This document shows, piece after piece, positions 22,913 to 35,138 of a DNA stretch of 41,819 nucleotides. Positions within the stretch are counted from its first letter, which is position 1. Each line of letters starts with the position of its first letter. Position numbers and translations under genes: made by a program. The notes below the pieces were generated by a model. That model had not been told where the DNA came from. It ran no database searches and saw only the letters and a program-made list of their open reading frames with translations. The stretch is from contig NW_003314396.1 in NCBI RefSeq assembly GCF_000143415.4, positions 317,069-358,887 of the forward strand, read 5' to 3'. This DNA comes from Selaginella moellendorffii (taxonomy: Eukaryota; Plantae; Lycopodiophyta).

Positions 22913-25900
22913 AGAACGAGTGGAACGAGGATGTGAACGAGAACGAAGAGGAGGATGAGATGAGCGGCGAGGGATGGGAGATGGAGAAAAAGAATGAGGA
23001 CTAGGACGAGAAGGATAGCGGCAGTGGAAGTCCTGAACAAGGTCAGGAGAATGACCCAGGTTGTCCGCAGGTTCCCAAGTGCGTTCCTCAGGTCCGTAAC
23101 CCTTCCAGTCCACTAGATAGTAGAGTTTAGACCGTGAAATCTTGGAATCAAGGATGTCCTGAACCTCGTACTCAGACCCATCCTTGAGCTGCACTGGTGG
23201 AGGCGGAGGAATGACCCGATTTGGAATAGGACTGGGAATATAAGGCTCAAGGAGAGAGGAGTGAAAAACGGGGTGAATTTGATATGAGGAGGGAAGTGCA
23301 AGGCGATAAGTGACAGGATTAATGATGGCAGTGATAGGATTAATGATGGCAGTGATAGGGAAAGGACCAAGGCGTTTGAAATCGAGTTTTGGACAAGGCC
23401 TGGTGGTGGAGATATTTCGCCTGAGGAGCCAGACTTTATCCCTGATATTGTAAGGGGGACAATCCTGATGATGGACATTGGCAAATGTTTTATGAGATTC
23501 CTGAGCACGATGGAGGTGGAAAGAGATGGAGTTGTGGATTTCCTGGAGGTTGGAGATAAATGCCTCAGAGCGGGGATTTGAACGAGAGGATTCAGATGGA
23601 GAAGGAAGTGAGAGATTGAATCGGGGATTTTGGCCAGAGTTCGCAAAGAAGGGGGAAACTCGAAGAGAGGAGTGAACAGAGTTGTTATAGGAGAACTCAG
23701 CAAGGGGAAGGATATCGAACCAGTTATCCTGATGATAGTTGATGAAGCACCTCAAGAATTGTTCCAACGTCTGAATCGTTCGCTCGGACTGCCCATCAGT
23801 TTGAGGATGATATGCCGAAGAGAGGTTGGCCTTCACTCCAAGCAGCTGCAAAAACCGTTGCCAGAAATGAGAGATGAACTGAGGCCCCCGATCCGAAACC
23901 ACATCTGTAGGAATCCCATGAAGTCGGAAAATTTCCCTGAATACCAGTTTTGCCATGTCCTCGCCCGAAAACTCCTTGGTACATGGCAAGAAGTGCGCCA
24001 TCTTTGTGAAGCGATCCACCACGACTAAAATGCTGTTAAAACCTCTAGAACTCGGAAGATCACTCAAGAAATCCATGGAGATGGATTCCCAAGGACCTGA
24101 AGGGACCGGAAGGGAACGAAGCAAACCTGAAGGAAGGTGGCGAGGTACCTTATTCCGGGCACAAGTGTAATAGGAGGTAACAAAAGCTTTGATGTAGTCG
24201 TCCATGTGAGGCCACCAAAAGTCCCGTACAACTAGCTCATAGGTTTTTGCAATGCCGAAGTGACCAGCAGTCGGGCTATCGTGGCACGCCATCAGGACCA
24301 ACCTTCGAGCATCACCTTCAGGAACGTAAAGCTGCTCCCCACGGTACAATAAGCCATCTAAGAACTCGAACTTGTCAAATCGCCGGTAGTCGGGAGTTAC
24401 TAGGTGTCCAGCCTGAAGATGGGGGAAAATGTCGCTAGCGAGATCATCGGATTGAAGATCGTTTCTGATTGCATCCATCAAGGAGGAGTCCTGAGGGGCC
24501 AGGGAAATTGCCATAACTTGAAGCCGATCAGGATCGAGGATAACTTGATCCTGTTGATCGAAGGCAGGATTACCAGGCCTGAGACTGAGATAGGAGCGCC
24601 TTGAAAGAGCATCAGGAAGGCCTTGAAACGTTCCAGGTCTATACTTGATAACAAAGTCAAACCGACTCAGGAATTGTGCCCACCTTGTTTGACGACGGCT
24701 TAAAACTCGGGAAGTGGCAAAGTACTCGAGATTTTTGTGATCCGTCCAGACTATTGTTTGATGGCTCGCCCCCTCCAAGAAACAGTGCCACTCTCCAAAG
24801 GAATCCATGATGGCAAGGAGCTCCTTGTCGTGGATTTCGTAATTCATCTCCGCAGGCTGGAATTTCCGAGAATGGAAAGTGACCGGATGAAGTTCGTGAT
24901 CCGCTCCGAGTTGAGACAGCACAGCACCAATGGCAAAGTCGGAGGCGTCAGCCTCGATGAAGAAAGGTTGTGAGGAATCAGCATGGATCAAGATAGGAGC
25001 AGAACTGAAGGCCGCCTTGAGGGTGTCGAAGGCCTGCTGGGCAGCAGTAGACCAAGAGAAGGGAACATCCTTGCGAGTGAGATGTGTGAGAGGAAGGACA
25101 ATGTCAGAGTAGTGATCAATGAATTTGCGGTAGAAGTTGGCGAAGCCAAGGAAAACCTGAACGTCCGACATGGATTGTGGAGGCTCCCATTCGAGAATAG
25201 TCTTGACTTTGGCAAGATCCATCGTGATACCCTCAGGAGTGACAATATACCCAAGGAACTCCACAGACTGCTGATCAAAGGAACATTTCTCAAGCTTCGC
25301 GTATAGGCCGTGTTCTCGCAGCTTCGCTAGCACCTTGCGTACATGTTCGTCATGCTCCTCCTGAGTTTTTGAGTAGATGAGGATGTCATCGAGGTAGACG
25401 ATCACCATCTGATCAAGAAACTCTCGAAAGACGTCGTTCGCTATGTGTTGGAAAACTACTGGAGCATTTGTCAAGCCAAATGGCATGACAGTGTACTCGA
25501 AGTGGCCATAGCTGGTTCGGAATGCAGTCTTCCATTTATCACCAGGCCGGATCCGGATCAGGTTGTATTCTCCACAGAGGTCGATCTTGGTGAAGAAGCG
25601 GGCACCGCCGAGGCGTTCCAATAGGTCCGAGATCAAGGGCAGCGGATAACGGTTCCGAACAGTCACCTTGTTCAAACCTCGGTAGTCGATGACTAGCCGC
25701 AAGCTCCCATCCTTCTTCTTGACAAAGAAGACAGGCACTCTAGCCGGAGACTGCGAATGCTGAATGTAGCCCGAGGCAAGGTTCTCATCCACGTACTCTT
25801 TGAGGGCCTTAAGCTCGGACGGGGATAACCCGTAGATAGGCCCCCACGGAGGTGACGCTCCTTCCTATAAATCAATGGGACAATCATAAGGCCGATGAAC

Positions 25901-26689
25901 AGGCAGTACACTAGCTTTTTTCTTGTCAAACACATCCCCAAAATCATGATACTTCTCAGGAAGACTGACAGGAGAAACATGCAAAGCAAAAAGAAAAAGA
26001 GGTTCTTCATGAAGGAGTTCTTTCATAGTGATTGTGGAGATAGGAGGAGGCGTACGACTAAATGGAATGATGAGACGAGGATACGGTCCAGTGTAAGATG
26101 GAAGAGAGGAAAAAGAAGAGGGTGAAAACTTTATAGAGTCAGGAACAGAACCCCGATTTGAGTTTAGGGAACTTTTCCTGATTCGGACTCGATGAACAGC
26201 AGGGGAAGCCGTGGGAGAGATGAGCTATAATTCCTTCCAACAAATCTGAGGCTGATGTAGTTGGAACCAAGGAAGACCGAGCACCACAGAGGAGGACTTG
26301 CTGTTGATGATATTGAAGGCGATATCGGTGACGGTGGACCCGATGTGTACTCGAACGGGCAACGTTTCCCTAAGTCCAGAAGATGGAGACACAAAATGCC
26401 CGCCGATGCCTTCAACCCTCAAATCCCGTATGGTAGGAGAAAGAGGAACGTGATGTCGGGCAGCAAAGTCCGTGTCCATGAAGCAGGAAGTTGCACCTGA
26501 GTCCAGTAACGCCAGAGCCTTGAGTCCTGATTGTCCGGCGAAAGAAAGGAGACATGGGACGCGGAAGTTGCGGGAATTGGTGGTGGCTTTGATGAAAGGT
26601 GGTGAGGAGCTTGATAAAGAAGAAAAGTGATTTTTATTTGGGGAGTCCAAACAGACAGCTCCTACTTTGTTTGGACAGGGTCGTTTCCC
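22910..26689 (-). pseudogene. pol: pol (protease, RT, RNase H, integrase, chromodomain); one frame with two in-frame TAG stops
   Basis: Motifs LLDSGAT, YLDD, DASDFAIGAVL, TDHKNL, DDE integrase, GPF and chromodomain YEVQDIL..YYLVDWKGYGPEERTWEP. Stops are at 26225-26227 and 25865-25867. Confidence 0.92.
26645..26689 (-). promoter_or_regulatory. -1 ribosomal frameshift signal (G GGA AAC plus 9-bp stem)
   Basis: Slippery heptamer at 26683-26689 in the gag frame, a 6-nt spacer, then stem GTCCAAACA/TGTTTGGAC. The -1 frame is the protease frame. Confidence 0.85.
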
Positions 26690-27633
26690 GACTGCAATAG
26701 AGGTGGACTTTGAGGCAGAGTGAACTCGAGCAGTCGAGGAGGCTTCTTGGGACATACAGCTGCTTTGTGATTAGGATCAGCACAATAGAGGCAAAGATTA
26801 TGAGATATTCGACGTTGCTTCTCAGCAGGACTCAACTTCCCTCTAATGAGTCGGGGAGTACCAGAAATATCCATCGGAACCGGAGTAGTAGGTTCAGGAG
26901 TATGCCCCGAAGACTCAAGCTGGGATTCCTGAGTCTGGGACGGAAAAACAGCGGCGCGGCGACTTTCCTGACAACGTTCAAAGAGACGATTGTCACATCG
27001 AACAGCTTTGTTGATGTCATCCGACAGGTCCTTGGGATCCTCCATGGTGAGCAACAAATCCTTGACACCGTTGTTGAGGCCGAAACGAAATTGGTCAATC
27101 AGGGCCCACTCATCCCACTGAGTGTCCAAAGCAAGGAGTTGAAACTCTGCAGCGTAGATCGAGGCAAGACGAGACCCCTGAGAGAGACGTCTCATCTTTG
27201 TGGTAGCAGCCTGAACCCGATCCGTCTCGCCAAAACATGCTTCGAGCTTTTCTTTGAACAATTGAAGATCCATCAACTTTGGAACCACGACCCCTTTCAT
27301 GCTCTTCTCCAGAAGAGGAGAAAACCATGACAAAGCTGCACCTTCGAGCAATGTCCCAATCGCGCCGATTTGAGACTCGGGAGTAGGGTACCGCCGATGT
27401 TGAAGTGCGAAGATCAACTCCATCTGGTTCAGGAATCCGTGAAGCTCTAAACGCTTGCCTGAAAATTTTGCCAGGAAGCTCACCTTCGGTTTAGGAACTT
27501 TGCTGGATCCTTGAGCCGAAAGTGAAGCAAGCTCCTGCTGCATGCGAAGAAGGGTCGCCTTCAGCTCGGTATTCTTAGATTGGATTTTTGCAAGGACTTC
27601 AGCAAAGAAATCAGGATGGTTTGGAGACTCCAT
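26662..27633 (-). CDS. gag: Gag (retrotransposon capsid plus CCHC zinc knuckle)
   Basis: Open ORF from the ATG at 27633 with a PVPMDI motif and the knuckle CLYCADPNHKAAVC. Confidence 0.92.
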   Translation of the reverse strand: MESPNHPDFFAEVLAKIQSKNTELKATLLRMQQELASLSAQGSSKVPKPKVSFLAKFSGKRLELHGFLNQMELIFALQHRRYPTPESQIGAIGTLLEGAALSWFSPLLEKSMKGVVVPKLMDLQLFKEKLEACFGETDRVQAATTKMRRLSQGSRLASIYAAEFQLLALDTQWDEWALIDQFRFGLNNGVKDLLLTMEDPKDLSDDINKAVRCDNRLFERCQESRRAAVFPSQTQESQLESSGHTPEPTTPVPMDISGTPRLIRGKLSPAEKQRRISHNLCLYCADPNHKAAVCPKKPPRLLEFTLPQSPPLLQSGNDPVQTK

Positions 27634-27715
27634 TGGCAAGAAGAAAGAAAAAAGGGGGAAAAAAAGGCAAAGGTAATCAAACAATCAAAACGAGCTAAAT
27701 AAAAAAACGAAAAAA

Positions 27716-27730
27716 CACAATCTGAATCAA
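27716..27730 (-). promoter_or_regulatory. Self-priming primer-binding site
   Basis: 15 nt lying 2 bp from the 5' LTR form a perfect inverted repeat of LTR 27823-27837. No tRNA-type TGG start. Confidence 0.8.
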
Positions 27731-27732
27731 AC

Positions 27733-28119
27733 TGTCAAGACCCCCAACAAGATCAAGACTGGAAAATGCTAAAGACAAAGAGAAAAAGCTAGTGAAAACA
27801 AAGAAGAGGCCTTAGACTGGTGTTGATTCAGATTGTGGAGAAATGGAACAAGGCTAACCTATATATACTATAGGTTGATGAAGCTCCACCACTCTTGGAT
27901 CGAGGACGGCCTAAATATAGATGAGGTCGAGGAGGCGCCACATCATTATCAGGAATGTGGCTCGAGACTCAGGAATCGGGAAGTCTCTCGAGAGTCAGGA
28001 ATAGGGAAGTGTCTCGAGAGTTAGGAATAGGGAAGTGTCTCGAGAGTCAGGGATGTGGTCTGCAAGTCAGGAATCCGGCGAGAGTCAGGAATGTGGCAAG
28101 AATTGGGGAATTCCTGACA
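27733..28119 (-). repeat. 5' LTR (TATA at 27860-27867; 26-bp tandem repeats in U3)
   Basis: Direct repeat of 22512-22898. Confidence 0.97.
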
Positions 28120-29953
28120 TATATGAGACTATATCTGAGCTAACAGATAACTCAATATGAGTAGATTCATTGATGAATGTGTAATAAATCTGTTATTTAC
28201 ACTAATAATTTGTGCATTGATATACGAAAAAAATAAAATAAAATATCATTGAGACAACATTAGACACAATACAAAAGGCCACCATCTTAAAAAATATGAT
28301 TCATATTGTAAGGGCCAAGTGTATGGCTACGATGCCGTATACTAATATTAGCGTAGTGGGATTTTGGTAACCGTCGGATTGGTTTCAATTTGGACCATTC
28401 ACTCCTGTATATAAGCTAGGGTTTTTGGGTTAATTGATATGCACATTTTCTGTATTCCCTTTCCATATTCTAAGCACTCACAATATCACATAAATTTTTA
28501 TTAATAATAAAGCAATCTATGGACCATTTTTTAATTTTCTGATATGTTGTAGTCTTAGGAAACAATAATATTATGAATTGTAAATACCCTAATATGAGGA
28601 TAAAACCTTATCTTTCATTGAAATATTTTAGCCTCAGTGTAAATTTATATCCAAAATAAATTAAACATAAAGGTAATAATCTTAATTACATTTACCATTC
28701 TCTCTATAAAAAACATATACAGAAAGAATCTTAATGATATAAAAAATACTTTAATTTTGAAATATTACTTCTAGAAAGAACAAATATAAATATATGAAGG
28801 GAGAGGATATCGAATACAATATGGAAAAAGAAAAAAAATTCTAAAACAAAAATATAATGTAATGTAAGTTATTTTTTAAAATAAGTTTTACAAAATATTA
28901 AATTTAAAACAATAAAACATACAATGTCTAAATTAGAATATAAATAAAAAAATTTCTCTAAAAATATGATATTTTCTAACTTATAATAGAAGAGTTAATA
29001 GTTCTAGATATTTCTTGTGTAAAATATTTTCTTAATAGTAATCTTATTTTACTTATTAATATAAACATAAATGAAATTAAACATTATTGAGTTGTCAATT
29101 GGCTAGGATGTAGTCTAAGTTTTATATAATATCATAAATTTTTTTATCACTTTATGCTACATTGTATTTTTACATGAAAAAAATAATTAGGTATATATAT
29201 GATTAAGACAACATTAGTACATGGACCGTGTAAAGAAAATTAATTTAATTATATTAAAGCTATCTATATACCATTCATGAACTTTGTGATATATTATAGT
29301 TCTAGCATAACAAAAGATTATATATCATCAAACCCTACTCTACCCCAGTATAGAGTAAAACATTACCATTCATTTATCATCATAAAATTTCAGCATTCAT
29401 AACAGTGTTATAAAGCCTTAATTTTAAATATAAATACATTAATATGGGGAGATAATAATCTTGTTTCAGATTTATAAAATAAATACATAAAAAGTATTTT
29501 TAATATATATAATATAATAATTTTTATTTTAAATATTACTCTCAAACACATGAATAATAATATTAGATAAATAGTTTTTATCAATGATAATATGTAAAAT
29601 ATTAAAAGTTTTTAAAAGAAAATATAAGACATAAAGCTAACATACTTCACTTATTATCATGCAATTCCAAAAATTTCAGTCTGAAATGATGAAAGATAAA
29701 CTTCCAAGACTTCATCCAACAATCAGATTTTTAAATTTGATATAATGTACTGAGTTATATTTATTATGTTATGATGTGTGTTGGTTTTAGAATCAAATAT
29801 AGAAATTTTTAATATAAATATTATGTTATATTTAACTATATATCTTATAATTATGATTATGTTAAAAATTACAATTACGCTTACAACTCTTTGAAATTAT
29901 TCAAATATCAGAAATAGACACAATGTTCCTAGCATAGCTGGGACTTTTGCAAG
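28120..29953 (+). mobile_element. Helitron copy 2, 3' part with terminus (CTAG decayed to CAAG)
   Basis: CCTAGCATAGCTGGG-ACTTTTG-CAAG|T at about 29928-29954. Reverse-complement similarity to 38497-39870. Confidence 0.75.
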
Positions 29954-30175
29954 TACTCCCTTATTTAAAAGTGCTATTGGCATATGGCATCTAGTGTCTT
30001 TTATTCCATTTTAGAATATTATTTGTGAATATACTTATAATCTAATGGTTGAAATTCAAAAACTTCAAATAAATGGCATAGATCATGTGGTAAAAGGTTG
30101 GCAATGCTTCAATTTTAATTTTAAAAATGCTCCAAATCAAGTGAAATTTTTTAGGGCAATCAGGTAGATTGTGAG

Positions 30176-30177
<2 letters not shown>

Positions 30178-30216
<39 letters not shown>

Positions 30217-30221
30217 CCCTA

Positions 30222-30250
<29 letters not shown>
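30178..30250 (+). repeat. Compound (TC)n/(TG)n microsatellite
   Basis: Directly visible. Confidence 0.95.
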
Positions 30251-30252
<2 letters not shown>

Positions 30253-30878
30253 AAAATATCTTTTGGGACGAAATTCTGAGCAAGCTCCAGTCATTGAGAG
30301 CCAAATTGGTAATAAACTCACCTGCATGATACTATGAGATGCTATGATAGACATGTGCCATTATCGTGCAGGTAAAGTGGCAAAAAAAGGCTGCAGAGTA
30401 AGCTCTCCACAAGCTGATTTTTCTGTGTGGTTCTACTTCTGCCTCCAATGATAGTTAGCTTCTGCCTAGCATAGGAGAGAAATTAGAACATAAAGCTGAA
30501 GGAATATTGAAAACCACATACTTGGCTGTAAGTTGCTTTGTAAGGGATTGTAAGCACCACTCCAAGTCCTTTTCTCTAAGCTACTTGACAACAAGGGCTC
30601 ACATGGTGAAGAGGAACAAAATTGGAGTGAAGCACTTGCTAATGGAGCCATTAGAGCATTAGAGAAAGTATCTTAGCTAGGGAGGAATAAGCACCAGCCT
30701 TGGCATGTTCTTGACAAGTCTGCATTTATAGCGCTCGTAGTTGGGTATGTCCTCCTCCATGTCATAGTTCTTGTTGTTCTTTCAAGCAAGAATATTGAAG
30801 AGTGAAGATGATAAAAGGGCTTAATATAGCAGCTTATGAGAACTATTTACATTCATTGCTTTATTGTTCTAGGTAGAG

Positions 30879-30977
30879 ATGGCTAGGACTAAGCAGACAA
30901 TCAGGAGGAAGTACTGTGATGAAGATGAGTATTGTGAGGATGATTATAATAAATATTATGACAATGCTGTGTATTAA
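30879..30977 (+). other. 32-codon micro-ORF or exon starting with a histone H3 tail-like MARTKQT
   Basis: MARTKQTIRRKYCDEDEYCEDDYNKYYDNAVY*. Confidence 0.5.
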
Positions 30978-32360
30978 TTTACCTATACATTACTTCTCCT
31001 CTTTTTAACATATTATAACCATGTTATAAATAAAAATATAGGTAATATAAAATTTAAGTTATAATTTTAAATTTAATAAGTTTTTCATGTTTTTATTTGA
31101 ATTAATATAATTTAGGTGATTATTAAAAATAAACCATATCAGTAATAAAATAGTTAAATTTCTCAATCAAATTGGTAAGGTGATGTGGGAGATATATATA
31201 GCATACCCAAGATAAATAAATTTTCTTTTCTACTTTTACAATGTTAGAAATTTTAATTGTATACAAGGTTAAATTTACCTAGCTTTTGCTTCTATTCAGC
31301 ATTAGAGTAATGTAAAATAATGAAATTAATGGAATTATAAAATGGATGTATTTGGTAAGATAAGATCATTTTATTTATCATCATAAAAATTAAATTGTAA
31401 TTTGTTTTTATTGCCTTTATAAAAATGTAAACAACCCTAAAAGCACCCACAATTGACTTTTCATAAAATCAAAGAACTATAGGTTTTTTTGTAATTTTTT
31501 TGGTGAAGTTATAAATTTAATTACGTACTGAGTTAACTTCTTTATTATCTGAACTGTAATGATGCCTTTAACTTTCATAGTATACTAAAGAATAATAGAT
31601 TTTTTATTATGTATCTCATTTTGCATTTAAAAACATACATTAGTAAATTTATCCATATTGCTACCTCATTTATATTAAACCTCATAAACTGGCAATAGAG
31701 AGTGATTCTAGATATATTGAAAGAATATAAGAAATGTATAATAGTTACTTGCAACTCAAGAGATAGTAAAATAGTGTAATTTCTATAAAAAAAATTTGAT
31801 TATGAAATACTTTAAAGCAATATTTCAAATATAGTTATATCGTGAGAAAGAACCACTAAATTTTTCATACATTTTCTATATATAAATAAAAATTGTCCCT
31901 TAGTGGCTATTACTTCTGCCAAATGCTTTTTTTCACTTCTGTATGTATAAAGGATTTAATGTAAGCTGCTGGTGCTTCTTTTTTCCATTTTTCCTAGTGT
32001 ATTGAGAGGATTGATTTTATATTATAGATAAATAATCTTCATGGCTCATTATGCCAATGTAGAAATAATACTATGGAATGACAAATCATGGAAGATGAGG
32101 AAAGATAAGGTAAAAGGTGTAGTGTTACCATCCAGCTGGAGATATTAAAGATATTTCAAGAAAATCCTACATAATACCAACTTTATAAATATTCTTACAC
32201 TAATATTCTATTCCATCTACGTTTTATTTCTATCATGGAATATTTAATGAAATTATAATATATTAGATAAAAAATTAAAATTTAAAAAATTAAATGTAAC
32301 ATATCACATTATAAATACATAATATAATCATAATAAACATTTTTCAAATTAAAATAAAAA
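30968..32360 (+). repeat. AT-rich repeat, direct copy of 40485-41560 (partial third copy ~32690-33160)
   Basis: Shared blocks include GCATACCCAAGATAAATA, AAGAACCACTAAATTTTTCATACATTT and GAAATAATACTATGGAATGACAAATCATGGAAGATGAGGAAAGATAA. Confidence 0.85.
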
Positions 32361-35138
32361 TAGATTTAAATATAGATTCAAAACTCACTTAATCTACATA
32401 CATGTTGTAAATTATAAAAATATAAACATTGTTATGGAGTTTAGTACTAATTAAATTTAAAGTATTGTATTACATATCATTAACACTATTTTTACATATA
32501 TTTTTATATAGAGAGAATGCGTATATGAATTAAGAGTATTATCTCTATGTTTCATTTTTCCATTTATCTTTGTACAACAAAATTATGTTTAATTTCACTG
32601 AAGTACTATCAAATCAATCAAATACTCTTTGTTCTATAAAGGTTTCATTCTATAGATCAAAGAGTATGCTCAAATATCTGCTGGGAGACATAACATGCTG
32701 AAGATAAATAAATCTACTTTTCTAATTCTACAATGTTAGAAATTTTAATTGTATACATAAATTTATCTTCAATTTACTATTCATCTCCCAAAAAATGGAC
32801 AATAATGCAAATAGATGATAATGCAAGTTTTGGGGAAGATAATATCATTTTTTAATCATGAATAATTTGAAATTTGAAATTTTTATTGCTTTTAATAAAA
32901 GGGTACACAATAAAAAACACATCTATAAGATTGCTGCCATACTTGACTAGCAATTGATTTTTCAAAAAAAAAAAGAATTATATATACTACAAAACAAATA
33001 AAAGGTTAGTTATTTTGAAATTATAATTTTTAATTCATATTGATCTGAATAGTTTTTATATGAACTATAATGATGTTTCAAACTTTCATAGTTTACTAAA
33101 GAAGAAAAGAATTTCTATTATCTGTCTGGTTTTACATTTAAAATATACATTAGTAAATATATATATACATATTCACACTACATTAGAGATGTTTGAAATG
33201 AGTTAGCTCCAAAAAAAATTATTATATAATGTTCATATTAAGACAAATCAGTACTAATGCTTCATGATAAAACAATGGAATCATATTTAAAAAAAATTAC
33301 TATTAAATGATTTAACAGAAGTTACTATTCAGCAATTATATAAAGCTGAACATGATTATAGATTAACCTAGATTATAAAGTATTAAATTTTTAAATATAA
33401 ATAGAGATCTAACACATTACTATGTAAATACTAATATTATATTATTTTGTGCATGATACATTATTGAATTTCATATAAAAATAATATAAATATTACATTT
33501 TTAAATTACTATATCTTTTTGAGAACAAATTTGTACTATAAAGCTTATCATTTCTGACTAAAGTGTTACTATTGCATTTTATTCGCAATGATTCTTCATT
33601 TTATTTTTAAAAAATAACTTTATTGATACTTATATTTTAAATAATATAGGAATTGAAATTACATAAATAGATATTTTGATTGATATTTGATATGTTTCAT
33701 ATAATATAAATTTTTTTTATAACACAAATATAGCAACTATTTATTAAAATATTTATTAAAGAATATTTTAAACTATGATTTATATTAACTTTAACATGAA
33801 TATTGTGGAAAACTCTTCTTTTGTAGACCAAATGTGATTTATAAAATTTTTTGTACTTATAAAAATCTTCCAAAATTAATCATATTTTTTATATTTCTTC
33901 AAATATGTGCATGTTTTTATATTTATATCATCAATAATTTTTCCTATTGGTAAAAATATATTAGTTTTTTATAATTAGTAATTTATATTTCAAATTAAGA
34001 GCATAGTTTTGTTTTCTTTCTTGCTTCAAATACTCCACTTCTATTTTTTAACTAAAAAAATGTATAATCTAATTTATTTATTTGGTAATATTCAAATTTA
34101 CTTCTCAATAATTTTTTTGATATATTTCTTTTCTTGTAAAACCTATCCGTAACACTTAAATTTTATTCCCACTATCTTCATCAATTGGAGTTAAGAGATA
34201 AAAATTCTAAATAACATACCTTGTCCAAGGGTTTCAAGTGCAAACCTATAAGGGTATCATTTGATTATTTTTGTGAAAAATTTTTTTATATATATATTTG
34301 AAGAAGGTGGGAATATTTTGATATTGTTAGTGGACTTAACATATATAACAAAAGCATGTAAATTTTTTATAGAATTTGACCAAAAATATAAGAATAAAAT
34401 AAATATTTAGATTATGATACTCTAGAAATAAATATAGAAATATTCATAATGAAAATTTGTGAAGGATTTTCTTCATAGTGGGTTTAGTGTTCTTCTATTT
34501 TGTATTGAAGCTGTAATTGATTTTTTCTAGAATAAAATTCTTGTTAATTAAAGCATATCACTGTTGATTACAATTAGTTACACAACACTATCAGTAAATC
34601 AATCTAGTAATAAATGTTAGCAATTAAAATATAAAATAACATTATAATATTCATAATAAGATTTAAATTTGTTAAAGTGTTTTTTAAGAAAATCATTTTA
34701 CTTCATCATTCTCTTGTATTATAAATAAGATTGTTCAAACCTTGATTTTATATTACATAAATCTAAAAATTATATAAAATGATATAATTAGATCTAACAT
34801 ACTACTATATATATGAATAATTAAAATATATTTTATATTGCAATAACCACTGCTTCCTTCCTCTAAGAAATTTTTTTCTTTATTAAATACTATGAAATAC
34901 CATATCTACATAAAATAGAAAGACTATTTTTAAAGATTTTTTTTTAAAAAGAAACATATTTTCAGCTGGATTTATATCAGTTTTAAAATGGATGTTATAG
35001 AAAATGCTAATCTTGAAGACTAAAATTAATTTAGAAAATTATTCTTGCTTATAAAGATACTATAAAGTAATGATATTTTATTATATCTTCCTTCAGATGG
35101 AGCTTCACTTTCTTCAACTTCTTTGATTCCTCTTACAG

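Larger units (their letters stand above)
22512..28119 (-). mobile_element. Full-length Ty3/gypsy chromovirus LTR retrotransposon (Tcn1/Tf1-like)
   Basis: Two 387-bp LTRs with TGTCA...TGACA ends, a 5-bp TSD TATAT (22507-22511 and 28120-28124), and gag, PR, RT, RH, IN and chromodomain in gypsy order. Confidence 0.97.

Noticed and set aside
26225-26227. TAG after the protease as a programmed read-through site
   Set aside because: A second in-frame TAG lies in a conserved region and other lesions are present, so mutational decay is the simpler explanation.
23113-27330. Antisense and alternate-frame ORFs over gag-pol
   Set aside because: Shadow ORFs of a GC-richer coding region with no recognisable motifs.
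30540-30780. Minus-strand similarity to a LINE reverse transcriptase (NGSISKCF..PILFLFTM*AL)
   Set aside because: Too short and degenerate to support a call.
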